From: an uncultured Actinomycetes bacterium
GTDB taxonomy: Bacteria > Actinomycetota > Thermoleophilia > UBA2241
Direction of reading: 5' to 3'
DNA length: 42,647 bases
Assembly: GCA_963725665.1 (NCBI GenBank)
Contig: CAVRZA010000007.1
Location: forward strand, 1 to 42,647
Shown: one piece after another, positions 26,717-36,358 of the stretch
How positions within the stretch are numbered: position 1 is the stretch's first letter
Layout: every line of letters starts with the position of its first letter
Translations under genes and position numbers: made by a program
The notes under the pieces: model-generated
The model's database searches: none
Told to the model about the DNA's origin: nothing
What the model saw: the letters and a program-made list of their open reading frames with translations, nothing else

Positions 26717-29410
26717 ATGATCGAGCTGACCATAGATGACTTGCCCGCCTCCGTGCCCGAAGGCACCTCCATCCTAGAGGCTGCCAGGAGTGTCGCGATC
26801 GACATCCCGACGCTCTGCTACGAGCGCACGCTGGGTGTAACCGGCGCCTGCCGGCTGTGCATGGTCGAGATCGAGGGCAGCGCCGCGCTCCGCGCCGCCT
26901 GCGCCACGGAGGCGGCCACAGGCATGGTCGTCCGCACCGAATCCGACCTCGTCGTCGAGACGCGGCGCACCCTCCTCGATCTCCTCCTTTCCAACCATCC
27001 TCTCGACTGCATGATCTGCGAGAAGGCGGGTGCCTGCAAGCTGCAGGAGTACTGCTACCGCTACGACGTGGGCGAGACCAGCTATGAGGGCGAGCGCACG
27101 CATCTTGAGATCGACGATGAGAACCACCTCATCCAGCGAGACCAGAACAGGTGCATCCTCTGTGGCAAGTGCGTCGCCGTCTGTCAAAACGTCCAGGTCA
27201 CCAGCGCGATCGACTTCACGCAGAGGGGCTTCGAAGCGGCCATCGACACCTCCTTCGAGCGGCCGCTCAGCCTCGAGAACTGCCGCTTCTGCGGGCAGTG
27301 CGTCGACATCTGCCCCACCGGGGCGCTCACGAACAAGCAGCTCAAGGGCACCCGCACGTGGGACCGCAAGAAGGTCAGGACGACCTGTCCCTTCTGCGGC
27401 GTGGGCTGCAACTTCGACCTGAACGTGGCGAACGGCAAGGTGGTCGGCGTCACGGCCGCCTACGACGCCCCCGTCAACCAGGGCTCGCTCTGCGTCAAAG
27501 GGCGATTCCACACCGACCTCATCGACAGTCCGGAACGCATCACCCAGCCGCTCATCAAGCGCGCCGGGGTGTTCGAGGAGGCGACCTGGGACGAGGCCCT
27601 CGACCTGGTCGCGCGGCGGCTCAAGGAGATCCAGGCCGAGCACGGCCCTATGGCCGTAGGCGTTCTCAGCTCGGCGCGCTGCACCAACGAGGAGAACTAC
27701 CTGCTGCAGCGCCTGACACGGGCGGGCCTGCACAACAACAGTATCGATCACTGCGCCCGTACCTGACACGCTCCAACGGTGGCCGGTCTGGCCGCCACGT
27801 TGGGTTCAGGCGCTATGACCAACTCGATCGGCGAGATCGCCGGCAACGACGTCCTGTTCATCATCGGCTCCAACGCCACCGAGGCGCACCCGATCATCGG
27901 CAACAAGATGAAGCAAGCGGCCCTGCGCGGCGCGAAGCTGATCGTCGTCGACCCGCGCCGCACCGAGCTCGCCGAGCACGCTCATCTCTGGCTGCGGCTC
28001 AAGCCGGGCACGGACAACGCGCTCGTCAACGGGATCCTGAACGCGATCATCGCGAACGGCTGGCACGACCAGTCGTATATCGACGAGCGTTGCGAGGGCT
28101 TCGACGACCTCTGGGAGACCGTCAAGGACTACCCGCCGGAGCGCGCCGCCGAGATCACCGGCGTGCCGGTCCATCTCATCCTCCAGGCGGCCGAGCTCTA
28201 CGCCACAACGCCGCGCGCCGGCATCTTCTACACCCTGGGCATCACCGAGCACACCACGGGTACGGCCAACGTCATGAACCTCGCCAACCTCGGCATGATC
28301 ACGGGCCACATCGGGGTGGAATTCGCCGGCGTCAACCCCATGCGCGGCCAGAACAACGTGCAGGGGTCCTGCGACATGGGCGCCCTGCCCAACTCGTTCC
28401 CGGGCTACCCGAGCGTCAACGATCGCGAAGCGCGCGCCCGCTTCGAGGAGGCCTACGGCGTGTCCATGCCCGAGCAGATGGGCCTGCGCATCCCCGAGAT
28501 GCTCGACATGGCCGTCTACGGCAAGCTCAAGGCGATGTACATCATGGGCGAGGACCCGCTTCTCACCGACGCCGATGCCAACCACGTGCGCAAGGCGCTC
28601 GAGAGCCTCGACTTCCTGGTCGCTCAGAACATCTTCATGACCGAGACGGCCAAGTACGCCGACGTATTCCTGCCGGCGGCCCTCTACGCCGAGAAGGAAG
28701 GCACCTTCACGAACACCGAGCGCCGCGTGCAGCGCGTGCGCAAGGCGGTCGACCCGCCCGGGCAGTGCCGCCCTGACTGGCAGATCATCATCGACCTCAG
28801 CGAACGGCTGGGCCATCACATGCCGTTCTCATCGCCCGAGGAGGTGTTCGAGGAGATCCGCCGGGTCATCCCCGCCTTCGCCGGCATCACCTACGAACGC
28901 CTCGAAAACGAGGGCGGCCTGCAGTGGCCGTGCCCCAGCGAAGACCATCCGGGCACAACATACCTGCATAAGGGCAAGTTCACGCGAGGCAAGGGGCTGC
29001 TGCAGGGCATTCCGTTCGAGCCTCCGGCGGAGCTCACCGACGGGGGGTATCCTATCCTGCTCACCACCGGCCGCATGCTGTACCACTACAACATCTCTAC
29101 GCGCATCTCCGCGAGCCTCGAAATGCTGCGGCCGCACGAGCTCGCCGAGGTCAACCCGGCTGACGCCGACCGGCTCGGCTTCGAGGACGGCGAGCTGGTA
29201 CGTGTGAGCTCCAGGCGCGGTTCCATCACCACGCACATCACGGTCACGGACAAGGTCGCGCCGGGCACCGTGTTCATGACGTTCCACTACAAGGAATCGC
29301 CGGTGAACGAGCTCACGAACTCGGCCTACGACCCCGTCACCAAGACGGCCGAGTTCAAGGTCTGCGCCGTGAAGCTCACGAAGCTCGCAGAGGAAGAAGT
29401 GGCGTCGTAG
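26717..29410 (+). CDS. fdhF: Selenocysteine-containing formate dehydrogenase alpha subunit with NuoG-like N-terminal Fe-S domains
   Basis: ORFs 26660..27766 and 27779..29410 are in frame across the TGA at 27764-27766, giving IDHCART-U-HAPTVAGL. Also TCPFCGVGC, LCVKG, RGQNNVQG and GTFTNTERRVQ motifs. Start MIELTID at 26717. Confidence 0.95.
27773..27803 (+). promoter_or_regulatory. Bacterial SECIS element
   Basis: CCAACG-GUGGCC-GGUCU-GGCCGC-CA-CGUUGG hairpin starting 7 nt after the UGA. The GGUCU apical loop is as in E. coli fdhF. Confidence 0.9.
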
Positions 29411-29427
29411 CAGCAGCCCGCGCCCTG

Positions 29428-29496
29428 GCCGAACAGGGGAGCCTGTTGGCACTACCTCTCCTCGACCGACCCCAGATCCGGGTGCCAGGTAGTGCC
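29428..29496. terminator. Inverted repeats between convergent fdhF and the desulfurase gene
   Basis: AACAGG-GGAG-CCTGTT hairpin and a GGCACTACCT/AGGTAGTGCC 10-bp inverted repeat (29448-29457 / 29487-29496). Confidence 0.4.
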
Positions 29497-29500
29497 TCCG

Positions 29501-30658
29501 CTACTGTGATCGAGCGATAGCCAGCATCGCCTCGAGAGCCCTGTCGATGTGCTCGTCGGTCGTTGAGATCCCGAGGCTGAACCTGACTGCACCGACCTTC
29601 GACGTGCCAAGGTCGGCGTGCACCAGGGGCGCGCAGTGAAGACCAGTCCGCACGGCGATCGAATAGTCGCCGTCAAGGATGGCGCCTACATCGTCGGCGG
29701 GGATCTCGCGCACGGTGCAGGTCACGATGGGCAGGTCGTCCTCACCCAGTGGCGGGCCGTAGACGACGACACCCGGGATCTGCCCGAGACCGTCGCGCAG
29801 CCGCTGCGCAAGCACCATCTCGCGCTGGTGGAGAGTCGTGACGCCCTGGTCCTCGAGGAAGTCGAGGCCCTCGCAGAGACCGATCACCCCGAGCAGGTTG
29901 AGCGTCCCCGCTTCGAGCCGGTGCGGAAACGACTGCGTGTGTTCCAGGCTTTGGGAGTCGACGCCGGTGCCTCCGAACCGCGTCGTCGCCGGGTCGAGTC
30001 CGGGCGAAAGGACGAGCCCTCCGATGCCGCTGGGACCCATGAGAGCCTTGTGCCCGGTGAAGGCGACTGCGGCCGCACCCAGGGCGCGCATGTCGACGGG
30101 GATCTGGCCGGCCGTCTGGGCGGCGTCGACGAGCAGGGGCACGCCGCGCTCCCGACAGACCTGGGCGATCTCCGCCACAGGCTGCACGGTGCCGAGGACC
30201 GATGACCCGTGGCAGACGATCGCCAACGCCGTCGTCGGGCGCAGTGCGCCGGCAAACACGGCCGGGTCGATGCGCCCCGACTCGCCGAACGGCACGAGAT
30301 CGTACTCGACCCCGTCGCGTTCGCGCAGGTGGTGGAGCGGACGGAGCACCGAGTTGTGCTCGAGTCTCGTGGCCACCACGTGATCGCCGGGATGCACACA
30401 GCCCTGGATGGCCAGATTGAGGGCGTCGGTGGCGTTGGCCGCGAAGATGACCCGGTCGGGGTCTGGGGCGCTGAAGAACCGCGCCAGCTTGCCGCGCGCG
30501 GCGCCGACGAGCTCTGAGGCTTCGACCGAGAGATCGTAGCTGCCACGGCCGGGGGAGACGCCGAACCGCTCGTACACCTCGACCATCCGCCGCAAGACCG
30601 CAGCGACCTTGGGGAACGAAGTAGCCGCGTTGTCGAGATAGACGAGCCGCTCAGCCAC
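29501..30658 (-). CDS. Class V PLP aminotransferase, cysteine desulfurase family
   Basis: YLDNAATSFPK, LEHNSVLRP, DAAQTAG, FTGHKALMGP, LEAGTLN and RTGLHCAP (catalytic Cys) motifs. Confidence 0.92.
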   Translation of the reverse strand: MAERLVYLDNAATSFPKVAAVLRRMVEVYERFGVSPGRGSYDLSVEASELVGAARGKLARFFSAPDPDRVIFAANATDALNLAIQGCVHPGDHVVATRLEHNSVLRPLHHLRERDGVEYDLVPFGESGRIDPAVFAGALRPTTALAIVCHGSSVLGTVQPVAEIAQVCRERGVPLLVDAAQTAGQIPVDMRALGAAAVAFTGHKALMGPSGIGGLVLSPGLDPATTRFGGTGVDSQSLEHTQSFPHRLEAGTLNLLGVIGLCEGLDFLEDQGVTTLHQREMVLAQRLRDGLGQIPGVVVYGPPLGEDDLPIVTCTVREIPADDVGAILDGDYSIAVRTGLHCAPLVHADLGTSKVGAVRFSLGISTTDEHIDRALEAMLAIARSQ

Positions 30659-30667
30659 GTTGTCGGC

Positions 30668-31039
30668 TCACAAGCACGTCTTCGGGTTGGGAAGGCCGGC
30701 CAGGCGTCGGGCGCCCCTCTTGATGCCGGCCGGAAAGAGGCCCTCGAGTGCGAGCAAGGACATCTCCGTGCCCGCGACGAGCTGCCGATTGAGGGGCGCC
30801 CGACCGTTGTGGCCGTAGTACTGGCGCAGGAAGTGCAACACCCGCCAGTGCGTCTCGCTCAGGGCGACGAGGCCGGCCTCGGCGGCCAGAGCGACGGCGA
30901 GGTCCTCGCTCCAGTCGTCTGCGCTCCACAGGAACCCCTCGTTGTCGAACAGGACGCGACGGCCGGCGATGTGCCGGTAGCGGCGGCTCAGGCCGAACTC
31001 GCCGGCTGAGCCGCCGCCGGACTCTGGCACCTGCTTCAC
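30668..31039 (-). CDS. TusE/DsrC/DsvC family sulfur relay protein with a single C-terminal Cys
   Basis: DNEGFL...WSEDLA...HWRVLHFLRQYY...LFP...LAGLPNPKTCL. The GTG overlaps the upstream stop. Confidence 0.88.
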   Translation of the reverse strand: MKQVPESGGGSAGEFGLSRRYRHIAGRRVLFDNEGFLWSADDWSEDLAVALAAEAGLVALSETHWRVLHFLRQYYGHNGRAPLNRQLVAGTEMSLLALEGLFPAGIKRGARRLAGLPNPKTCL

Positions 31040-33700
31040 CGCGCCGTCGTGAGCGCCAGCGCCGCCTTGACCTTGTCCGGGGTCGCCGGCAGGTCGTAGA
31101 TGCGCACGCCGATGGCATCCTCGATCGCATTGAGGACGGCCGGCGCCGTCGGGACCAGCGTCATCTCGCCGACGCCCACCGAGCCGTTGCTCCCATGCTT
31201 GCGTGGCGTCTCGCGGATGATCACGTCCATGTCGAAGGCGGTGCGCATGCTCGGGTATTTGAACGTGACCCAGTCCTTGGTCTCACCCGCGATGTACTGC
31301 TCACGCAGCGCTAGGCCGACGCCCATGTCCATGCCGCCCTGCAGCTGACCGATGACGTTGTCGGGATGGATGATGGTTCCCGCGTCGACCGCGCACGTCA
31401 TCTGCAGAACGCGAACGTCGCCGGTCTCGGTGTCGACCTCGACTTCGGCGAGCTGCAGCGCGTGAACCTGCGACTCGAACGAGGGTCCCTGCCCCGTCTC
31501 GGGATCGAGGTTGCCGACGACCATCTTCTTCGTGCCCATGTAGCGCGTGGGGACGCCCGCCTTCTGCAGGTCGGCGTAGCCTGCCGCGCCGCAGTCGGCC
31601 ATGGCACGCTTGAGCTGGGCGATGGCGTCGAGCAGCGCGCCGCCGGACATGTAGGTGAGGCGGCTGGCGGCCGCGGGTCCGTTGGCCGTGGTGTGGTCGG
31701 TGTCCCGTGTGACCAGTCGCACCTTGTCGAGCGGCAGACCGATGGCGTCGGCGGTGAGCTGAAGGAGCATGGAGTCGTTCCCCTCGCCGGGGTCGGCGAC
31801 GGCGCCGTAGACCGTCACGCCGTCGTCCGGGTCGAGCTCGATCGCCACCATACTCTGATCGTTGGGGCCGCCGATGCCGAACGCACCGGCGCCAAGGCCG
31901 ACACCCCGCTTCTTGGTCCGGTCGCCGGCCTCACGCGCCTCGCGGACGGCACGCTCGTAGTCGGGCTTGATCGCGTCGCACAGCTCCGGGAACGGCCACT
32001 CCTCCACGACCGCCCCCGTGGACTTGGTCTGGCCCGGAAGCAGCGAGTTGCGCCGCCGGAACTCGAGCGGGTCGATGTCCATCTTGCGGGCCAGCATGTC
32101 GATCGCGCTCTCGAGCGCGTAGTTGACCTGGGGCGGGCCGGCGCCGCGTGCCGCGGCCCCCCAGGGATTGTTGGTGTAGACCAGTCGCGCGAGCGCGTCG
32201 ACGTTGGGGATGTTGTACGAGCCCGATAGCATCTACACGGCGCGCAGCATGACGACGTTGCCCATCGAGTTGTAGGCGCCGTTGTCGACCAGGATGTCCA
32301 TGGTGAGGGCGGTGAGGTGGCCGTCGGCGTCGGCCGCCAGCTTGAGCTTCATGTCGAAGGGGTGCCGTTTGGGGCTGAGGTACATCGACTCGAGGAGGCT
32401 AGGCACGTAGCGCGACTGCTCGTCGGAAGTGGAGGGCGGCAGCGGCGGCGATGCCCTCGGAGGTCACGTCGATCTTGATGCCGAACTGACCGCCCGACGA
32501 AGGCCTCCTCGTAGCGCATGTTCTCCCAGCCGGTCGCCTCCTGCAGCATGGCCAGGTGCTTGTGGATGTTGATGCTGCGACCGACGACGACCAGCTGCGC
32601 GTCGTCGCCCTCGCCCTCGAAGAAGGCGAGACACGCCTCGGGCTCCAGCGGCGCCTGGTGGTTGATCTGGGTGATGAAGCGACCTTCGACGACCGCCGCG
32701 GACTCGGCAAGGGCCTTGTCGGCGTCGCCCTTGATCTGCGGTTGGGTCAGGCAGACGTTGGCCCACTCGTCGTGAATCTGTGGCGCACCCTCGGCCATCG
32801 CCTCTTCGGGCGAGCCGAGCACGGGCAGCGGCTCGTAGTCGACCTCGACGGCCGCTGCCGCCGCCACGGCCTGGTCGCGCGTCTCGGCCGCCACCACCGC
32901 CACCGGGTCGCCGATGTAGCGCACGCGATCCTCGCAGAGCACCGGCCGGTCGGCGACCATGTAGTTGTGACGGTTGGTGCCCTTGATGTCCTTAGCCGTC
33001 ATGACGCCCACCACACCGGGCATGGCCGCCGCCGCCCGCGTGTCGATGCCGCGGATGAGCGCGTGAGCGTGGGGACTGTGCACCGCCGCCAGCTCCAGCG
33101 CTCCCGGGAGCGGCGATGTCGGCCGTGAACTCGGCCACGCCGCAGGCCTTGATCATGGCCGACGGGCGCGGGTGCGAGACGCCGATCTTGGGACCGTCGG
33201 GGTCGGGACGCAGGGCGTCCGGCGGGTCGTCTCGCCGCGCAGGAACGCGCCGGCCAGCTGCACGGCCTCGATGATCTTGACGTAGCCGGTGCAGCGGCAG
33301 AGGTTGTGGCGCAGCGCGCGCTTGATCTCCTCGGTGGACGGGATCGGGATTCGCGTCCAGCAGGGCCTTGGTCGCCATGATCATGCCGGGGGTGCAGAAG
33401 CCGCACTGGATGGCGCCGGAGAGCACGAAGGCCTCCTGGATGAGGTGGGGGTTCGCCGGCGTGCCCAGACCCTCGACGGTGATGACGTCGGCGCCGTCGA
33501 GGCGGCTCACCTTGGTCAGGCACGACCTCACTGCCTTCGCCGTTGACGATGACCGTGCAGGCTCCGCACTGGCCCTTCTTGTCGCAGCCCTGCTTGGCGC
33601 CGGTCAGTCGCAGCTCGTCTCGGAGCAGATCGAGCAGGACGAGGTCGGGGTCGACCACGACCTGTCGCGGCCTCCCGTTGATCGTCAGCGTGACCTTCAT
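31036..33700 (-). CDS. Second Mop-like xanthine oxidase-family Mo oxidoreductase with several single-base indels between about 32230 and 33540 (error-ridden or pseudogene)
   Basis: Fragments in shifting frames: MKVTLTING...TGAKQGCDKKGQCGAC; GAIQCGFCTPG; NLCRCTGY; DRPVLCEDRV; HQAPLEPE; GGQFGIK; DNGAYNS; RGAGPPQ; GSVGVGEM. AGGAGG SD. Confidence 0.85.
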
Positions 33701-33847
33701 GCGGGTTGTCCTCCTGCAGTGGTTCGCCGTCACAGCTGCCCTGCTTCTCTCGGCGCCCGACGCACTGCCCGTTCGGTACGAGACCGCACGCGACGTGCAA
33801 GCGCTACATCCAGGTGCAGGAGAGCCCGCGCGACCACACGGGAACGG

Positions 33848-33955
33848 ATGCTCTCCTTTCCGCACTGGGAGACACGGCGCTTTCGCGCTGTACCCTACCG
33901 GCGCAAGCTCCGTAGGCCACGAGGGCCCCTAGGACTCGAGCGCTCGGAGAAGCAT
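33848..33955 (-). ncRNA. Moco RNA motif, P3-less (Tuco-type), copy 2, upstream of the second Mop-like gene
   Basis: Near-identical to copy 1, with compensatory changes (GCGC-GAAA-GCGC; GGCC-CUCGU-GGCC). A -10 TATTGT sits at 33961-33966. Confidence 0.88.
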
Positions 33956-34087
33956 TCTTCACAATACCTTCTGGCGCGCTGTCGCGCACACGCCAAAGAG
34001 CTGAGATTATCCGGCGTGGCTCGTCAGGTTGGAGCCGAGCGGCCCTGTACCCGAGGCGGCACGGCGTGCTGGACGCGTCCAGGCATC

Positions 34088-34291
34088 CGCGATCTTCTTG
34101 CTGACGGTCAGCGTTGGGAACGGGACGGTCTTCACTCCGGAGCCCGACGACATGTCGGACGCACCGCCGAAGCCGCCGATCAGCTTCCACGGATCCCGGT
34201 CCACACGGCATGAGACGGTGATCGGCGACATCGGGACGCGTCCGAAGCTGCAACGGATGCTGGCGAACCGCTTTCGCCGCGCAAGGCCGTG
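34088..34291 (-). pseudogene. 68-codon remnant paralogous to part of the secreted beta-propeller gene (37004-37207)
   Basis: HGLARRKRFASIRCSFGRVPMSPITVS...WKLIGGFGGASDMSSGSGVKTVPFPTLT versus CGLSKRKRFATIRCTFARVPSAPIAVS...WKLLGMFGGKSDMSAGSGAKTVPFPPLT; 42/68 identical, ungapped, by hand count. Confidence 0.8.
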
Positions 34292-34322
34292 TTGACAGCA
34301 CCTCAGCGGGGTCGCCTATCCT
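34292..34322 (+). promoter_or_regulatory. Putative sigma70-type promoter for RNA motif copy 3
   Basis: TTGACA (34292-34297), 19 nt spacer, TATCCT (34317-34322); the motif begins 8 nt later. The spacer is longer than ideal. Confidence 0.45.
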
Positions 34323-34330
34323 CGGCCGCA

Positions 34331-34426
34331 CTCTCCGAACGGCGAGGCCTACAGGATCTGATCCCACGGCCCGCCGTCTATGGGTCTGGGTGGAAACGCC
34401 CGAGCCTCCCGTGCTTGGAAAGGAGA
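34331..34426 (+). ncRNA. Moco RNA motif, P3-less (Tuco-type), copy 3, upstream of a small CxxC ORF and the aldehyde dehydrogenase
   Basis: CUCUCCGA-ACGGCG-AGGCCUACA-GGAU-CUG-AUCC-CACGGCC-CGCCGU-CUAUGGGUCU-GGGUG-GAAA-CGCCC-GAGCCUCCCGUGCUUGGAAAGGAGA. Confidence 0.87.
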
Positions 34427-34435
34427 ACGCAAACG

Positions 34436-34726
34436 ATGCACCCCGCACTGTTCCGGTGCCCCCGCTGCGGCCACGTTGAACTCCCCGTCAACCCTCTGGC
34501 GCGAACGCGCCTCGAGGAGAGCGGCCTTTGCCAGGGGTGCCGGGCCGCTCGCACCTTGAGCAGACGCCCCTGGCTGACGGCCGACTTCGTGGGTGTGTGG
34601 CAGCGAGTCGGGTTCCCCGCATCGGACTCGTGGTTGCGAGACATCCCCGCCGAGGGCAGCGCACACGCCCCCTTCCTCCGGACAACCGTGGCCGTTCGGT
34701 CGCGCGGATCGGAGCTGGCTCACTGA
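34436..34726 (+). CDS. Small hypothetical protein with two CxxC motifs (zinc-ribbon-like), 96 aa
   Basis: ATG lies 10 nt after the motif's AAGGAG. Sequence MHPALFRCPRCGH...GLCQGCRAAR. Confidence 0.5.
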   Translation: MHPALFRCPRCGHVELPVNPLARTRLEESGLCQGCRAARTLSRRPWLTADFVGVWQRVGFPASDSWLRDIPAEGSAHAPFLRTTVAVRSRGSELAH

Positions 34727-34806
34727 ACGACCCCCCGTCCACTGCCGCTCGGCCGAGCAAACCAACGGTCTGCCAGCCACGCATCGAATCGTAAAGGAGG
34801 CGCACA

Positions 34807-36288
34807 GTGACGAGGACGTACAAGGCGTTCATCAAGGGAGACTGGACCGACTCCTCCACGGGAGACACCTTCGACGTCAGCAATCCCGCGACTGGAGAAG
34901 TGATCGCCCAAGTCTCCAAGTGCGACGCCGCTGATGTCGACCTCGCGGTGAAAGCGGCGCGCGAGGCCGGCCCCACGTGGGCCGGCAAGACCGTGGCCGA
35001 GCGCTCCAAGGTCCTCCTCAAGCTCTCCCAGCTCATTGTGGACAACGGGGAGGAGCTCGCCAAGCTCGAGACCCAGGAGCACGGTTCGCCGTTGCGCAAG
35101 ACGAAGTTCTTCGACGTGCCGCTCTGCGCGGAGCAGTTCGAGTACTTCGGGGGGGTCGCCCGCGCCATGACCGGCGAGACTCTGCCAGTCGGCCCATGGT
35201 GCACGTCGTTCACCGTCCGCGAACCCTTGGGTGTCGTCGGTCTAATCACCCCTTGGAACTCCCCCGCGCTCATGGTCGCGTGGAAACTCGGAGCGGCGAT
35301 GGTGACCGGCAACACCTGCGTGGTCAAGCCGCCGTCCGTCGCGCCCCTCACGACCCTCAGGCTGGCGGAATTGGCCACCGAGGCCGGCGCGCCTCCGGGC
35401 GCGGTGAACGTGATCACTGGCCCGGGTGACACGGTGGGCGAGGCCCTGGTCCGACACCCACACGTGGCGAAGATCGGGGTCACGGGCGACACGGTGACTG
35501 GCAAGCGCATCGTGAGCGTCGCCAGCGAGACGGTGAAGGGGCTGGGGCTCGAGCTCGGAGGCAACAACGCGTTTCTCGTGATGGCCGACGCGGACGTGGA
35601 CGCCGCCGCCGAAGGGGCCACCTTCGGCGCATTCTTCAACTCTCGGCAGGTTTGTGCTTCGGCGAGCCGCTTCTACGTTCACGAGTCGCTCTACGCTGAA
35701 TTCACGGAGAAGCTGGTGGCCTCGGCGAAGCAGCTCCGTGTGGGGGACCCGATGAACATGGAGACGGTCATCGGCCCGGTCGCGTACCCTGAGCATCGAG
35801 ACAAGATCAAGTGGTACATCGAAGGCGCGAAGAAGGCCGGCGCGAAGCTCCTCCTCGGGGGAAAGCGCCCGGACACGCCGGAGACCCGCAGCGGGTGTTT
35901 CGTGGCCCCCACGGTCTTCGGCGACTGCACCCACGACATGGAGTTCATGCAGGCCGAGGTCTTCGGCCCGGTGGTGGGGATCTGCCCCTTCCGGACCCCG
36001 GAGGAGGCGGTCTTCTTCGCGAACGACACGCCCTACGGGCTGAGCGCGTCGATCTGGACCAAGGACGTCCGCGCGGCCCTCGCCATGGCCGGGCAGATCC
36101 AAGCCGGCACCGTGTGAATCAACGAGCACCTGATCGTCTTCTGCGAGACGCCGTGGGGTGGCTGCAAGCAGTCCGGATGGGGGAAGGACCTGTCCACCAT
36201 GGTCCTGGACGAGTACACCCACACGAAGCACATCTACGTAGATCTGACCGGCGAGACCGTCAAGCCGTGGTACACGATTCTTAAGTAG
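34807..36288 (+). pseudogene. NAD(P)-dependent aldehyde dehydrogenase with an in-frame TGA at a conserved Trp
   Basis: ITPWNSP, VVKP, LELGG, QVC and EVFGPV motifs. After GTV-TGA(36115-36117)-IN the frame continues PWGGCKQSGWGK...TKHIYVD to TAG at 36286-36288. Confidence 0.85.
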
Positions 36289-36358
36289 AGAGAGAGGGGG
36301 GGGCGCCTCGCGAAGCCCAGCGTCAAGGCCGAGGAAGCGGTTTGGCAGGCGTGTCGGT

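Noticed and set aside
30668-31039. DsrC as evidence of dissimilatory sulfur metabolism
   Set aside because: It lacks the second conserved Cys, and no dsrAB genes are present in the window.
34724-34810. Possible Sec readthrough of the small CxxC ORF's TGA to a stop overlapping the ALDH start
   Set aside because: No SECIS-like hairpin is evident and the frame coincidence is easily chance.
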